Positions 1 to 13,269 of a stretch of DNA of 64,000 nt are shown piece after piece (the first letter of the stretch is position 1; the number at the start of each line of letters is the position of its first letter). Position numbers and translations under genes: made by a program. The stretch is from NCBI GenBank assembly GCA_002269645.1, contig NIVC01002991.1, positions 62,001-126,000 on the forward strand. Reading direction: 5' to 3'. The stretch comes from Macrostomum lignano (lineage: Eukaryota). Below the pieces are notes generated by a model. It had not been told where the DNA came from. It was given only the letters and a program-made list of their open reading frames with translations, and ran no database searches.

Positions 1-41
1 GCTGATAATAAGGCAATTTATACCTGCCTCACTCTCCCCAG

Positions 42-456
42 TGTTGACCAGCAGCCGGCAGTGCTGGAGATTCTGGACACGGCTGGCACGGAGCAGTTCG
101 CCTCAATGCGCGATTTATACATAAAAAATGGCCAAGGCTTTGTTGTAGTCTTCAGCGTAACATCCATGCAGACGTTTCAAGATATACAGCAGTTGCGCGA
201 TCAGATTAACCGAGTCAAAGGCCAATCCAACAGTCCCATTGTGCTGGTTGGCAACAAGGCCGACCTGGCCGATTATCGTCAGGTAGCGCCGGACATGGGC
301 GAGAGTCTCAGCCGAGCCTGGTCGTGTCCTTACCTGGAGGCCTCGGCCAAGACTGGCTACAACATTGAGGAGGTATTCCGCGTGGCCGTCGGCGAGATGA
401 GCGCCGTAGCCAAGGCCAGGTCTGGTGGATCCGGATGCTGCTGCGCCATTCTCTGA
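42..456 (+). CDS. RAP2: Rap2-type Ras-family GTPase, terminal coding exon (upstream exon(s) outside window)
   Basis: Acceptor ctccccAG at 40-41 (phase 2), then VDQQPAVLEILDTAGTEQFASMRDLYIKNGQGF (Rap T61; FASMRDLYIKNG is the Rap2 signature), NKAD and SAK motifs, C-terminal CCCAIL CaaX, TGA 454-456. Confidence 0.9.
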
Positions 457-529
457 CTGACTCTCGTGCACTCCCGTGTCTGCCTGTGCCCGCGTTGCTA
501 TGAGCTTCTTCTAGAGTGATGTAGATTAT

Positions 530-1148
530 GTTTACAATCGCACCTGAAGCATTTGAGGGTGGTGTTTAGCATCGCACCTGAAGTATCTGAGGGTAGTGTT
601 TAGCATCGCACCTGAAGTACCTGAGGGTGGTGTTTAGCATCGCACCTGCAGTACCCGAGGGTAGTATTTAGCATCGCACCTGAAGCATTTGAGGGTGGTG
701 TTAGCATCGCACCTGAATTACCTGAGGGTGGTGTTTAGCATCGCACCTGAAGTATCTGAGGGTAGTGTTTAGCATCGCACCTGAAGTACCTGAGGGTGGT
801 GTTTAGCATCGCACCTGAAGCATCTGAGGGTGGTGTTTAGCATCGCACCTGAAGCATCTGAGGGTGGTGTTTAGCATCGCACCTGAAGTATCTGAGGGTG
901 GTGTTTAGCATCGTACCTGCAGTACCTGAGGGTGGTGTTTAGCATCGCACCTGAAGTACCTGAGGGTGGTGTTTAGCATCGCACCTGAAGTACCTGAGGG
1001 TGGTGTTTAGCATCGCACCTGAAGCACCTGAGGGTAGTGTTTAGCATCGCACCTGAAGTACCTGAGAATGGTGTTTAGCATCGCACCTGGTGTTTAGCAT
1101 CGCACCTGAAGTATCATGGGGTGGTGTTTAGCATCGCACTTAAAGTAC
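530..1148. repeat. 34-bp minisatellite, about 18 copies
   Basis: Unit TTTAGCATCGCACCTGAAGTACCTGAGGGTGGTG repeated in tandem just downstream of the Rap2 stop. Confidence 0.92.
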
Positions 1149-1960
1149 ATGCTGATCTAAATATAGATTTTTGTCTTTAGAGTGGATAGTGAGTCAAAAG
1201 TCAGTGTGCACCGCATGCAAGAAAACGTTTCAATATTGAAATTGCACAGCGTTCCACCCTAAGCCGCATGCGCGGCAGACCGACGGTCTTTTATGCTTAA
1301 AAATGAAGCGAGCCAAGATTTGACTGGTTCGAGAGACTTGAAACTAGTTGCTAGGGCAGTATGGCGTCAGAAAATTTCCTTCACCTGTAAGACAATCCTA
1401 ACGTTGCGTGCGCATTTGATCCAGGGGCTTAAGAAGGAGCCTTGTTTGTAACTCGATTACATTAGTACGCTTTAATTGAGTGAGTCAGTGCGACAGAATG
1501 TCTATTTCATATAATGCACTATTAGTGTACAAATAGTATTAGAATTTTTCAAGGTGCGCACATTTTCTTTAGTCATTCTATTGGAAGCTCTGATGTGCAA
1601 GAATTTCCACTGTTGTAAACGTATGTGCCTTTTAAAATTATCAAGAGTAGTACCGCTTTATAAATATCTGCCTGTCTGTCTATCAAAGCTATAGGTTGAA
1701 GCCTTCCATTCCCAAAATTGTTGGTCAAATAATTACATAATCACGTTGCATGCATGCCTTGATTTGCTTTGTTTATTAAATTAGCAAACTTTAATATTCA
1801 TTTATGTCAGTTTGCTATCGTATAATAATGCCCTTTTACTCAATTATGTTAACCGGAGTTTCTCTCTTTTTAAGGGAGACATCCTCCAGACGATATCACG
1901 ATTGGAGAATAATTAGGCTTCTGTGTTCTGTTTAGGTATGTCATGTCTCCACCACCATAC

Positions 1961-2897
1961 TCAGTTGCTGGGCCAGCCTCCCAGAGTGTCAGTTGCTGGG
2001 CGAGCCTCCCAGAGTGTCAGTTGCTGGGCGAGCCTCCCAGATCCTCAGTTGCTGGGCGAGCCTCCCAGATCCTCAGTTGCTGGGCGAGCCTCCCAGATCC
2101 TCAGTTGCTGGGCCAGCTTCCCAGAGTGTCAGTTGCTGGGCCAGTCTCCCAGATCCTCAGTTGCTGGGCCAGCCTCCCAGATCTTCAGTTGCTGGGCCAG
2201 CCTCCCAGAGTGTCAGTTGCTGGGCCAGTCTCCCAGATCCTCAGTTGCTGGGCCAGTCTCCCAGATCCTCAGTTGCTGGGCCAGCCTCCCAGATCCTCAG
2301 TTGCTGGGCCAGCCTCCCAGAGTGTCAGTTGCTGGGCCAGCCTCCCAGATCTTCAGTTGCTGGGCCAGCCTCCCAGATCCTCAATTGCTGGGCCGACCTC
2401 CCAGATCTTAGTTGCTGGGCCATCTTCCCAGATCCTCAGTTGCTTGGCCAGCCTCCCAGATCCTCAGTTACTGGGCCAGCCTCCCAGATCCTCAGTTGCT
2501 GGGCCAGCCTCCCAGAGTGTCAGTTGCTGGGCCTGCTTCCCAGATCCTCAGTTGCTGGGGCAGCTTCCCAGATCCTCAGTTGCTAGGGCAGCTTCCCAGA
2601 TCCTCAGTTGCTGGGCCAGCCTCCCAGAGTGTCAGTTGCTGGGCCAGCCTCCCAGAGTGTCAGTTGCTGGGCCAGCTTCCCAGATCCTCAGTTGCTGGGC
2701 CAGCTTCCCAGATCCTCAGTTGCTGGGCCAGCTTCCCAGATCCTCAGTTGCTGGGCCAGCCTCCCAGATCCTCAGTTGCTGGGCCAGCCTCCCAGAGTGT
2801 CAGTTGCTGGGCCAGCTTCCCAGAGTGTCAGTTGCTGGGCCAGCCTCCCAGAGTGTCAGTTGCTGGGCCAGCTTCCCAGATCCTCAATTGCTGGGCC
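1961..2897. repeat. 28-bp minisatellite, about 33 copies
   Basis: Unit CAGTTGCTGGGCCAGCCTCCCAGATCCT with an AGTGT variant; explains ORFs 1923-2948. Confidence 0.95.
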
Positions 2898-3567
2898 ACC
2901 ACCGTCACCTTCCCAGAGCATAAAAATGTAACACAATGTTCGACATAGCCTTTTAAACAGTTTTTAGCCTTACCAACAGTGAATCTTTCTCAAAGCTACC
3001 GTTTATGCCTGCCACTGTTTTTCTACGATCAATATTGTGAAAACTTGATTAATTTTTAATTATCACCGGTTATTCTGAAAAATACTTAAGCAGGTAATTT
3101 TTTTACTAAAGCTTTATTAACGTGCTCCGCTGCTTTAAACCCTGTCTATTTTTTGTTTAAAATATCTAAGCCTAAACAAAAGTCCCCGTTTTTATTGCCG
3201 CCGATCCCATTTTCCCTTCGTGCCCCTGAGATGGCTTTCTTCCATCGCTCCGCTCTCTTACTGCACACCTGCTAATCCTGTTGCATTTCCTAAAATTATA
3301 ACTGGCTATTGTTTGCCTGCGTATATATATTGCATCAGCTACTTATATTACTTACAATTATCAATCATGTCTGTTAATAGTTTCTATAAATTAATATTTT
3401 TCTCATTCGGTTTCCTTTCTCCCACCTTTTTGCAGTCGTGGAGTTCTAGATACGAAATCTGGATTAGGAAACTCGCTAGCCAGCTTCACTTTGCAGGTCA
3501 GCTGCCTTATAAAATCAAAATTTTTGCATCAGCTCTGTCAATAGCTTTCATAATGACCCTGGGGCCG

Positions 3568-4195
3568 ATTCTAGCGCCCTCTGACACCTATTCTAGCGCC
3601 CCTGACACCTATTCTAGCGCCCCTGACACCTATTCTGGCGCTCCCCTGACACCTATTCTTGCGCCCCCTGACAACCTATTCTGGCGCCCCCTGACACCTA
3701 TTCTGGCGCCCCCGACAACCTATTCTAGCGCCCCCTGACAACCGATTCTGGCGCTCCCCTGACACCTATTCTGATGTTCCCCTGACAACCTATTCTGGCG
3801 CCCCCTGACACCTATTCTGGCGCTTCCCTGACAACCGACTCTGGCGCTCCCCTGACACCTATTCTGGCGCCCCTGACAACCTATTCTGGCGCCCCCGACA
3901 ACCTATTCTGGCGCCCCCTGACAACCGACTCTGGCGCTCCCCTGACAACCGATTCTGGCGTCCCCTGACAACCGATTCTGGCGACCCCTGACACAACCTT
4001 GCACATGCGCCCCCTAGCGCCGATTCTAGCGCCCCCTAACGTCGATTCTAGAGCCCCCTAGCGCCAATTCTAGCGCCCCCTAGCGCCGATTCTAGTGCCC
4101 CCTAGCGCCGATTCTAGTGCCCCCTAGCGCCGATTCTAGCGCCCCCTTAGGTCGATTCTAGAGCCCCCTAGCGCCGATTCTAGCGCCCCCTGACA
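3568..4195. repeat. Composite 21-23-bp minisatellite
   Basis: CCTGACACCTATTCTGGCGCC units (about 3568-3995) followed by CCCCCTAGCGCCGATTCTAGCG units (about 4010-4195). Confidence 0.9.
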
Positions 4196-5339
4196 GTCCA
4201 CTCTGGCATACATCGTTAATCTTTTAATTAATTCCTGGACATAAAAGAATTTATTGAGTTTTTAACTTTCCCTCTTAAGTTTTTTCGTCTAGAACTCCTT
4301 ATTGGTACTTTAAGTAGAGCGGTTTTTTTGATGAATATAAATGTCCTTTCAAGCTACTATTCGTTAAGTAGTAGCTGTAATCGGCTTCTTGAAAGTATTG
4401 TATTACAAACAAAGTAAATAAACGAAAATATTTTGTAATGTATTGCATTGTCTATTAAATAATGTTATAAAATTAATTGGGTAAAAGAAAACTATTTCCA
4501 TTGTAGATACTATATGGCATTGTACATGTGCCCTCCACTGCTCCTTCCCTACTAATTAGTACAATATGGATTTATCAAAAAACGCCTTATTTCAAAATGA
4601 TCGATTTGCTCACTTTTCTAACCTAGCCAGCCTACTTATCAGTAAGCTGTTTCGCGCAGTAAAATTATCTGATTTATAATTGTCAACAAAATGATCGATT
4701 ATGAAGCTACTTTTTGAAATTGGCCCTTTTTAGCGTATTAAACCAGATTATGATTTCCATTCCGCAATATATAATAAAGGGCTTGTTAATAAATTTTGCC
4801 TATCTGTTTTGCGGTAATTTTAACACCACAGACCCGAAAATAAATGTGTTGAGGTTATAAGAGCCGATCAATTTTCAGTACTGTATGCTTAATTAATATC
4901 GTTTATATAAAATTAAGTTAAGCTTGAATTTTTATCAGCTCGAAATGCCGGTTGTATATCAATATTGACTGTAATTATTACAATTTTTACTCTCACCCGC
5001 CAGTCTGTCTGCCTGTGGCTTGGATTTTTATAAATCTTCTTAAACCTTATTTATTTTGTACTGTTGGCCTGTGAATCTATTTTTATGCTATTTAATACCG
5101 ATCGTTGCTATATATACTACTATAAGCTTAATTAATCGTGCGTACTATTTCTCAATAACAAATAAATTAATGAATTTGTTTTTTATATCATTTCCGATTT
5201 TGGTTCCCAGCTAATCCAGGCGCCGAGGATCATTGGTCGTTGGTTAGAGAGCTGCGAGCTAAGCATATGTTTTGATTAGTTTAACTATAAAATATTAGCA
5301 GCGCAGTTTTTCATTGTGTTTGTTGCTTCTTTAACTAAT

Positions 5340-7255
5340 TGCATCTGACATCAATTCTGCCATCTCCTGACACCCATTCTGGCAACTCCTGACACCCATT
5401 CTGCCATCTCCTGACACCCATTCTGGCATCTCCTGACACCCATTCTGGCATCTCCTGACACCAATTCTGGCATCTCCTGACACCCATTCTGGCATCTCTT
5501 GACACCCATTCTGGCATCTCCTGACACCCATTCTGGCATCTCCTGACACCAATTCTGGCATCTCCTGACACCCATTCTGGCATCTCTTGACACCCATTCT
5601 GGCATCTCCTGACACCCATTCTAACGACTCCTGACACCCATTCTGGCATCTCCTGACACCCATTCTGGCATCTCCTGACACTCATTCTGGCATCTCCTGA
5701 CACCCATTCTGGCGACTCCTGACACTCATTCTGGCATCTCCTGACACCCATTCTGGCGACTCCTGACACCCATTCTGGCATCTCCTGACACCCATTCTGG
5801 CATCTCCTGACACCCATTCTGGCATCTCCTGACACCCATTCTGGCATCTCCTGACACCCATTCTGGCATCTCCTGACACCCATTCTGGCATCTCTTGACA
5901 CCCATTCTGGCATCTCCTGACACCCATTCTGGCGACTCCTGACACCCATTCTGGCATCTCCTGACACTCATTCTGGCATCTCCTGACACCCATTCTGGCG
6001 ACTCTTGACACCCATTCTGCCATTTCCTGACACTTATTCTGGAATCTTCTGACACCTATTCTGGCGACTCCTGACACCTAGTCTGGCGACTCCTGACACT
6101 TATTCTGGCATCTTCTGACACCCATTCTGGCATCTCCTGACACCCATTCTGGCGACTCCTGACACTTATTCTGGCATCTCCTGACACCCATTCTGCCATC
6201 TCCTGACGCTTATTTTGGCGACTCCTGACACCCATTCTGGCATCTCCTGACACCCATTCTGGCGACTCCTGACACCCATTCTGGCGACTCCTGACACCCA
6301 TTCTGGCATCTCCTGACACCCATTCTGGCGACTCCTGACACCCATTCTGGCATCTCCTGACACCCATTCTGGCGACTCCTGACACCCATTCTGGCGACTC
6401 CTGACACCCATTCTGGCATCTCCTGACACCCATTCTGGCGACTCCTGACACCCATTCTGGCATTTCCTGACACCCATTCTGGCATCTCCTGACACCCATT
6501 CTGGCATCTCCTGACACCCATTCTGGCATCTCTTGACACCCATTCTGGCATCTCCTGACACCCATTCTGGCGACTCCTGACACCCATTCTGGCATCTCCT
6601 GACACCCATTCTGGCATCTCCTGACACCTATTCTGGCGACTCCTGACACCCATTCTGGCATCTCCTGACACCCATTCTGGCATCTCTTGACACCCATTCT
6701 GGCATCTGACACCCATTCTGGCATCTCCTGACCCCCATTCTGGCGTCTCCTGACACCCATTCTGGCGACTCCTGACATCCATTCTGGCGACCCCTGAACT
6801 GACACCCATTCTGCCGACTCCTGACACCTATTCTGCCATCTCGTGACACTTATTCTGGCGACTCCTGACACCCATTCTGGCGACTCTTGACACCCATTCT
6901 GCCATTTCCTGACACTTATTCTGGCGACTCTCGACGCCTATTCTGGTGACTCCTGACACCCATTCTGGCCACTCCTGACGCCTATTCTGGTGACTCCTGA
7001 CACCCATTCTGGCAACTCCTGACACCCATTCTGGCCACTCCTGACACCCATTCTGGCGACTCCTGACACCCATTCTGGCGCCTCCGGACACCCATTCTGG
7101 CGTCTCTTGACGCCTATTCTGGTGACTCCTGACACCCATTCTGGCCACTCCTGACGCCTATTCTGGTGACTCCTGACAACCATTCTGGCGACTCCTGACG
7201 CCTATTCTGGTGACTCCTGACACCCATTCTGGCGACTCCTGACACCAATTTTGCC
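5340..7255. repeat. 22-bp minisatellite, about 85 copies
   Basis: Unit TCCTGACACCCATTCTGGCATC / ...GGCGAC; explains all ORFs 5331-7183. Confidence 0.95.
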
Positions 7256-7827
7256 AGATTTTCGAGCTACCTCAAATTCCATTGATTCAGGAAACAAATA
7301 GTTAATCTGATTATTATATGGAAATCGCGAGTTACTATTACTAGTGCTAGCATCTGTTAAGTTTTTTTGACCCTTACTCTCGATGTGATGTCACTCCCCG
7401 AATGGAAAGATTGTTCCAATAATGGACCAGTAGGTCTTTTCTTACAATGAAGAATTTCTTTCTAAAGGCTAAAATAAATGAAGTGTGAATTGCGAATTGC
7501 TTTGTTGGCCAACACCGAAGGCCTGAGTTGCTATCCCTGCATGTCCTATAGGCTCATTCGGGCTTCGGTCAGTTCTATAGTTGCCAGGCGGGGTCTTAAG
7601 GATTCCGCAAAAAACTTCAGTGCGGATGATCAGCGATGCGCGATACAGAGGGTCAAGCATGACGACTGGAGCTCATTGTGTCCCAGTATTTGATCCTGAT
7701 CTTAACTCTGTCTATATGCGCCTGGCCCTTGTTGATTGCGCAACTTGAGCTCGATTTTTCTTGTCCTATGTGTCAGACAGTGGCCGTGCCTTCTGTAGGC
7801 ACTACCAACCTAGTTCTTGTCCCTTAC

Positions 7828-8185
7828 CTAGACACGGCCTATACGGCTGTACCTGTGCCTGTTTACAATTAGCTAGACACGGCCTATACGGCTGTACCTG
7901 TGCCTGTTTACAATTAGCTAGACACGGCCTATACGGCTGTACCTGTGCCTGTTTACAATTAGCTAGACACGGCCTATACGGCTGTACCTGTGCTTGTTTA
8001 CAATTAGCTAGACACGGCCTATACGGCTGTACCTGTGCCTGTTTACAATTAGGTAGACACGGCCTATACGGCTGTACCTGTGCTTGTTTACAATTAGCTA
8101 GACACTGCCTATACGGCTGTACCTGTGCCTGTTTACAATTAGCTAGACACGGCCTATACGGCTGTACCTGTGCCTGTTTACAGTT
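7828..8185. repeat. 45-bp minisatellite, about 8 copies
   Basis: Unit TAGACACGGCCTATACGGCTGTACCTGTGCCTGTTTACAATTAGC; gives the 15-aa period in ORF 7761-8222. Confidence 0.95.
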
Positions 8186-8944
8186 ACCTTATAAGGGTGC
8201 GTCTAAAATTGCCTTTATTTAAACAACATTTTTCTTTCCAGCTCATATTTTTAGATTGATTAAAATAAGCAGAATATGGAAACGAAAAATGCGCTAATAC
8301 AAAAATTTTATTGTACAAAATTGTTTATTTACATTTGAAGTGATAATTTTAGCGCGGGCTGTGCTATGAATGCCATGCCTATGAGTGAAAAAAATGTCAT
8401 ACAGATGATTGAAAAAAACATACTGATATCTTTCTGCAAAAAAATGGTGAAATAGAGCACTTTTGTAAATAAAAATTGGTTTAAATCAGCCAACGTACAT
8501 GTATCGTATAAACTTCATACTTAAAAGCACAAAATAAATTTGACGAAACCTAAACACGTGTGAAGTTCAAAAGAATCAATTTTAACTGTCACATAAATTA
8601 GTTTCACTTCAGCTCCTGTATCGAAACGAAGTACCTCTTTAGTTTACTAATATAATAATATTTAAAGAATTTTCCTTAATCCAGAGGAAAAAAGAAAACA
8701 TGAGTCTTATTTTTTTTCTAACTACGAGTACTGAGGGGAACCGTCTAAAAACTAATAAAATACAAGACATCATGTTCTTTTATTTTTACAGATACTAAGT
8801 GTATTTAGTCGCGACCGTTACCTTTTGCCCCAGTGAACTGCAGCTCATGCCGGATGTGCAACACTCTTCGCTTCCAGCAGCTGCACCCAAAATACTTCTT
8901 CTAGCTTCTTCTTCAATGCTCGGAAATTGGAGCCCAGAGAGCTA

Positions 8945-9030
8945 ACTGCTGCTGGTGTTGTTGTTGCTGCTGTTGGTGTTGCTGCTGCTGTTGTTGCTGC
9001 TGCTGTTGTTGCTGCTGCTGTTGTTGGTGA
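8945..9030 (-). repeat. Mixed CAA/CAG trinucleotide tract (polyQ-like on minus strand)
   Basis: Plus strand TGTTGTTGCTGCTGC pattern; reverse reads CAA CAG CAG repeats. Confidence 0.85.
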
Positions 9031-9741
9031 TGAAGGTGTCAGTTTTAGTATAGGCAGTGGAAAGGACGGGCGAAGGTGGCATTGTGAGAAGACCGCGCGT
9101 GTGTGCTGCTGACCAATGTAATCGACCGGACTCGCTGTAAGCTCCTCGATCTGTTTAGGCTCTCTTCGGCCTCGTAGTTGAAGAAATAACGCGCGAACGA
9201 ATAGTTTTAATACCAAGTTAAAAGTGAAGTATCGCTTAAAACTCCCGGCTGAAGTCCGCTCGGGGCCGAGGCGAGCCTTCCGGGGTTTTATCCGCCTGTC
9301 AACCGCCTCACTCGTCTCGCCGACTCGCCATTGTCCGATCTGAAATGGGACTGGGGCTCACTGCTGTCTTTTAGCTGCAGCGCTTTGCTTTATCGCATCT
9401 ATTGAGTTGCCTTCTTCTAGACCTATTATTTTGTTGCCACAGCCTCTTTTTCCGCCCAGCGTTCCTATAGCTTTCGGTGAAGTGTCGTTGCGTCTAGCGT
9501 TTTCTTTAGCTTTGGCTTCGCCTCGCCCAGCTCATGCTTTGCAACAGCCTCTTCTACTGCCGAATTTCCGAACCCTATACTCCACACGGCCTTGTTCGCA
9601 GCACATCGACCTTGTGGAGCCCTTCTTTGCGAAGCTGCGTCCTGTCCGAGAAGGCGGTAAAACTCTGATCAAGGTCCCGTCGATGTATTGCAAAAGCTCA
9701 TATTTGTCATGGGACGTCGATAGAATCGGATTGCTGTGAAG

Positions 9742-10210
9742 CTAGACACTATACCTATACGGCTGTACCTGTTCCTCTTTACAGTTAACTGTCACCTAGA
9801 CACAACAATTACGGCTGTACCTGTTCCTGTTTACAGTTAACAGTTACCTAGACACAACCATTACGGCTGTACCTGTTCCTGTTTACAGTTAACAGTTACC
9901 TAGACACAACCATTACGGCTGTACCTGTTCCTGTTTACAGTTAACAGTTACCTAGACACAACCATTACGGCTGTACCTGTTCCTCTTTACAGTTAACAGT
10001 TAACTAGACACAACCATTACGGCTGTACCTGTTCCTGTTTACAGTTAACAGTTACCTAGACACAACCCTTACGGCTGTACCTGTTCCTGTTTACAGTTAA
10101 CAGTTAACTAGACACAACCATTACGGCTGTACCTGTTCCTGTTTACAGTTAACAGTTAACTAGACACAACCATTACGGCTGTACCTGTTCCTGTTTACAG
10201 TGCCTAGACA
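9742..10210. repeat. 52-bp minisatellite, about 9 copies
   Basis: Unit TAGACACAACCATTACGGCTGTACCTGTTCCTGTTTACAGTTAACAGTTACC (period 52, e.g. 9849 to 9901). Confidence 0.95.
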
Positions 10211-11174
10211 CTTAAGACCCTACCTTGTTCCAATCTATGTATATTACAGCTTCTCCTTCGACAGACACTGCCTGTTACTGTCTAAAGACATAGTCTATTT
10301 CTAATCTAAAACCACTGTTTTATCAGCCACGCACTCGCATTCAAACTAGACTACTCAGAGTAGGCAGATGCAATCGCAATTTCAACCGCGGACCATACAG
10401 CTCAACTCACTGCCGACTCAGGGCTAATTTAGCGAACAGAAATATCCTGAATGGGAACTAATTGAGCAGCGGTCTCCAACGCCCTTCACGCTGAATTGAG
10501 CTCACGCTCTATGGCCCTAATCCCCACAGTGATACGAGACCAATTGAACGGCCGCACAGGTGGCCAATGGCATCGGCCCACTCCTCTAAACTCCAAAGGG
10601 GATTTTAGTTGCTAGGCCTGGGCGCTCGAGGTTGATATCGAAAAAAATTGACCGACCTCTTGTGGAGCTGAAATCTACGATAGAATATTGGATGGATGAC
10701 GCAGTTTTGACTGAATTTCATACCGCTCGTTCTTCCGTTCTTCCCGACCTTACCCAATATTTTTTCTCCTAATGCATGTATCTCCTCCCGGCCTCTGCCC
10801 GGTGACGCAAGAGGCTCCGGGGTAGCCGCAGGTGCCGCCAGTCAGTAGCGAAGTTTCTTCAAAGTTTCACAGAGAGCTAAGCCGATTAGGAGCTTAAGTC
10901 CACACGACCGAGGCTCGCGTGTCCGCCTGCGTCTTGCCCGCCTGCGTTACCCCCCGGATGACTGCTGGTTGGCCATTTCACTGCATTCGTATGGATGTGG
11001 GGGCTGCTCCGGGCTAGCTTTTGGTGTTCTAATCAAGGATATTGTCATGTTGTTCTGTTGGGATCTTGCACAACATCTTTCCGTGTAAATTTTTGCCGAA
11101 ACAATTCGATTGAATCGCGACTTAAGTCACCGCTAGAGCTAAATACTGTCTCAAATTCACTGAATCATATTCAA

Positions 11175-11500
11175 CTGTCTCCCATGTTTGCCTATCTTAC
11201 ATGTCTCATGCTCACCCGTCTCATGTTCACCTGTCTCACCTGTCTCATGTTCACCTGTCTCACCTGTCTCATGTTCACCTGTCTCATGTTCACCTGTCTC
11301 ATGTTCACCTGTCTCATGTTCACCTTTCTCACCTGTCTCATGTTCACCTTTCTCACCTGTCTCATGTTCACCTGTCTCATGTTCACCTGTCTCATGTTCA
11401 CCTTTCTCACCTGTCTCATGTTCACCTTTCTCACCTGTCTCATGTTCACCTTTCTCACCTGTCTCATGTTCACCTGTCTTATCTGTCTCATGTCTCACAC
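11175..11500. repeat. 15/9-bp composite minisatellite
   Basis: CACCTGTCTCATGTT units interspersed with CACCT(G/T)TCT; explains ORFs 10995-11611. Confidence 0.9.
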
Positions 11501-12061
11501 CCACATTTGAGTGTATTGAGTGGACTGTGTAATCTACTGCATATTCACCAAGAACGGCCTGTCGGCCTGTCAGTGAGTGTGACACCTTGGATGACACTGG
11601 GGATTATTTAACTCACGCTACTATACACTTTTGCACCTCGCCTCGTGTCTTCTAAAAGAAGAGAGTAGAGAGAGAGAGAAAGAAACAAACTCTATAGACT
11701 ACAGTTCTCCTGGAAGCAGAGCGTGTTGACAGCCTGCGCACTGTGTGCTCTGCGCCCTCTCAAGACAGACTCGCGCAATCACCTGGGATTTCTTCCTGTG
11801 AAAAAGCCGAAGGGGCGAATGGCAAACTTCGCCTCCGATGATCCGATTAGCAAACACTGCTGTCTGAGAAGAACAATTCTCTGAGCTGTATGCTCTAATT
11901 GGGTCCAGGAGAGCTGCTTAGATACACTCGAATCGAACTTTCGTACGATGTGTTAATTAAGCGCTGGGCGAGAATTTTTATCTACATTTTTGTCCGGGAA
12001 TTTTAGCTCCAAACTTCCACAAAACTTTGCTTAATTATCCCCCTCGCATCAGCAGAAGCAG

Positions 12062-12097
<36 letters not shown>

Positions 12098-12429
12098 GAT
12101 TCGACTTGCCTCTGAGTTTTTTGTTCCGCGCAGCTTCAAGTTTCACCTGATCTCGTGTCACAATTCGGGCAGTCAGGCAGACAGACGGACAGACGGACAG
12201 GGAGAGAACGCTTCTGCTGCTGCTGCTGCTGCTGTAAAAGAAGACGGCTCTCTGATGGGGCAGGGACGAGAAGAGAAAACGAAACGATGAGGCGCCCAGA
12301 GGAGACTGAGAGCTGCGAGCCATGGAGTTCGAGATTGGGAAGTGTCTGGAGTGGAAATCGGCATTGCTACGCAATAATTCTGATTTCTTTTTAACCTAAT
12401 GGCCTGATAGAATCTAGCGCAACACTAAA

Positions 12430-12700
12430 AATCAGGGCCTGAGAGAGGAGAGGCAAGAGTAGAGAGGGGAGAGGCGAGATGAGAGGAGCGGGGAGATAAG
12501 GGGAGAGAAGAGAGAGGGCAGATGAGAGAGGAGAGTGGAGAGGAGAGAGGAGATGGGAGAGGAGGGGAGAAAGGAGAGAAGAGAGAGATGATGGGAGAGA
12601 GAGAGACGGGGGAGAGGATAGAGAAGAGGGAAGAGGAGGGGAGATTAAAGGGAGATAGAAGAGAGAGGAGAAAAAAGAGAAGAGAGCTGAGAAGAGACAC
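12430..12700. repeat. GA-rich low-complexity tract
   Basis: Nearly pure G/A on plus strand. Confidence 0.85.
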
Positions 12701-13269
12701 AAACCTTGAGCGGGTTGGATTGCTATTATTGTGAAGTTTCAAAGGACCCGAGTGGCTTCGCCAGTTTCCTTTCCAGATGCTCTATTATTAGACGTCCATG
12801 GCAAGCCAGTCCGGAGCATTAATTGCTCAATCTGCGTGAGTCGCCTCCCTTCCCCTGTCTTTGTCGCGTGAAAGTGACGGAGAGAGAGAGAGAGAAAAAA
12901 AAATCTTTTCCATTCACCTGAGAGAACCGACGGAATGCAGGGGGGGGGGTGGTGGCGGCTGCTGCTGAGAGTGTGGGGGAAGGCGGATCCTCTTTCATGA
13001 CTAGGATGAGCAATAATAGTAGACGTTCTGTTGCTTGAATGGTTAGTTAAGGGCCAGAAAATATGAGACAGCGCGAAAGCCCCCGTGTTGCTCGTATCGG
13101 ATGCGAAAATCTGCTGTCGGGGCCCAAGGTGCAGATTGGAAGATTTTGCTTACAGATTTGCGATTTGCCTCTGCTGCCATCTGCTGCTCAAATTAAATAG
13201 ATTTTTCTGCTTTTATGACTGTTGTCTTTTGCCTGCCTGGCTCAGTGACGCCCAAGAAAGCTCAACTGA

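Noticed and set aside
1923-7183. Stacks of overlapping repetitive ORFs (CWASLP.., MGVRRCQN..)
   Set aside because: Translations of the 28-bp and 22-bp arrays, whose periods are not multiples of 3.
7828-10210. CRISPR-like regular direct repeats (also the 34-, 36- and 30-bp arrays)
   Set aside because: Units are head-to-tail with no unique spacers, there are no cas genes, and the context is eukaryotic.
12051-12233. (CAG)n and (CTG)n tracts able to pair; short polyS/polyA ORFs
   Set aside because: Simple trinucleotide repeats pair by chance; no coding context found.
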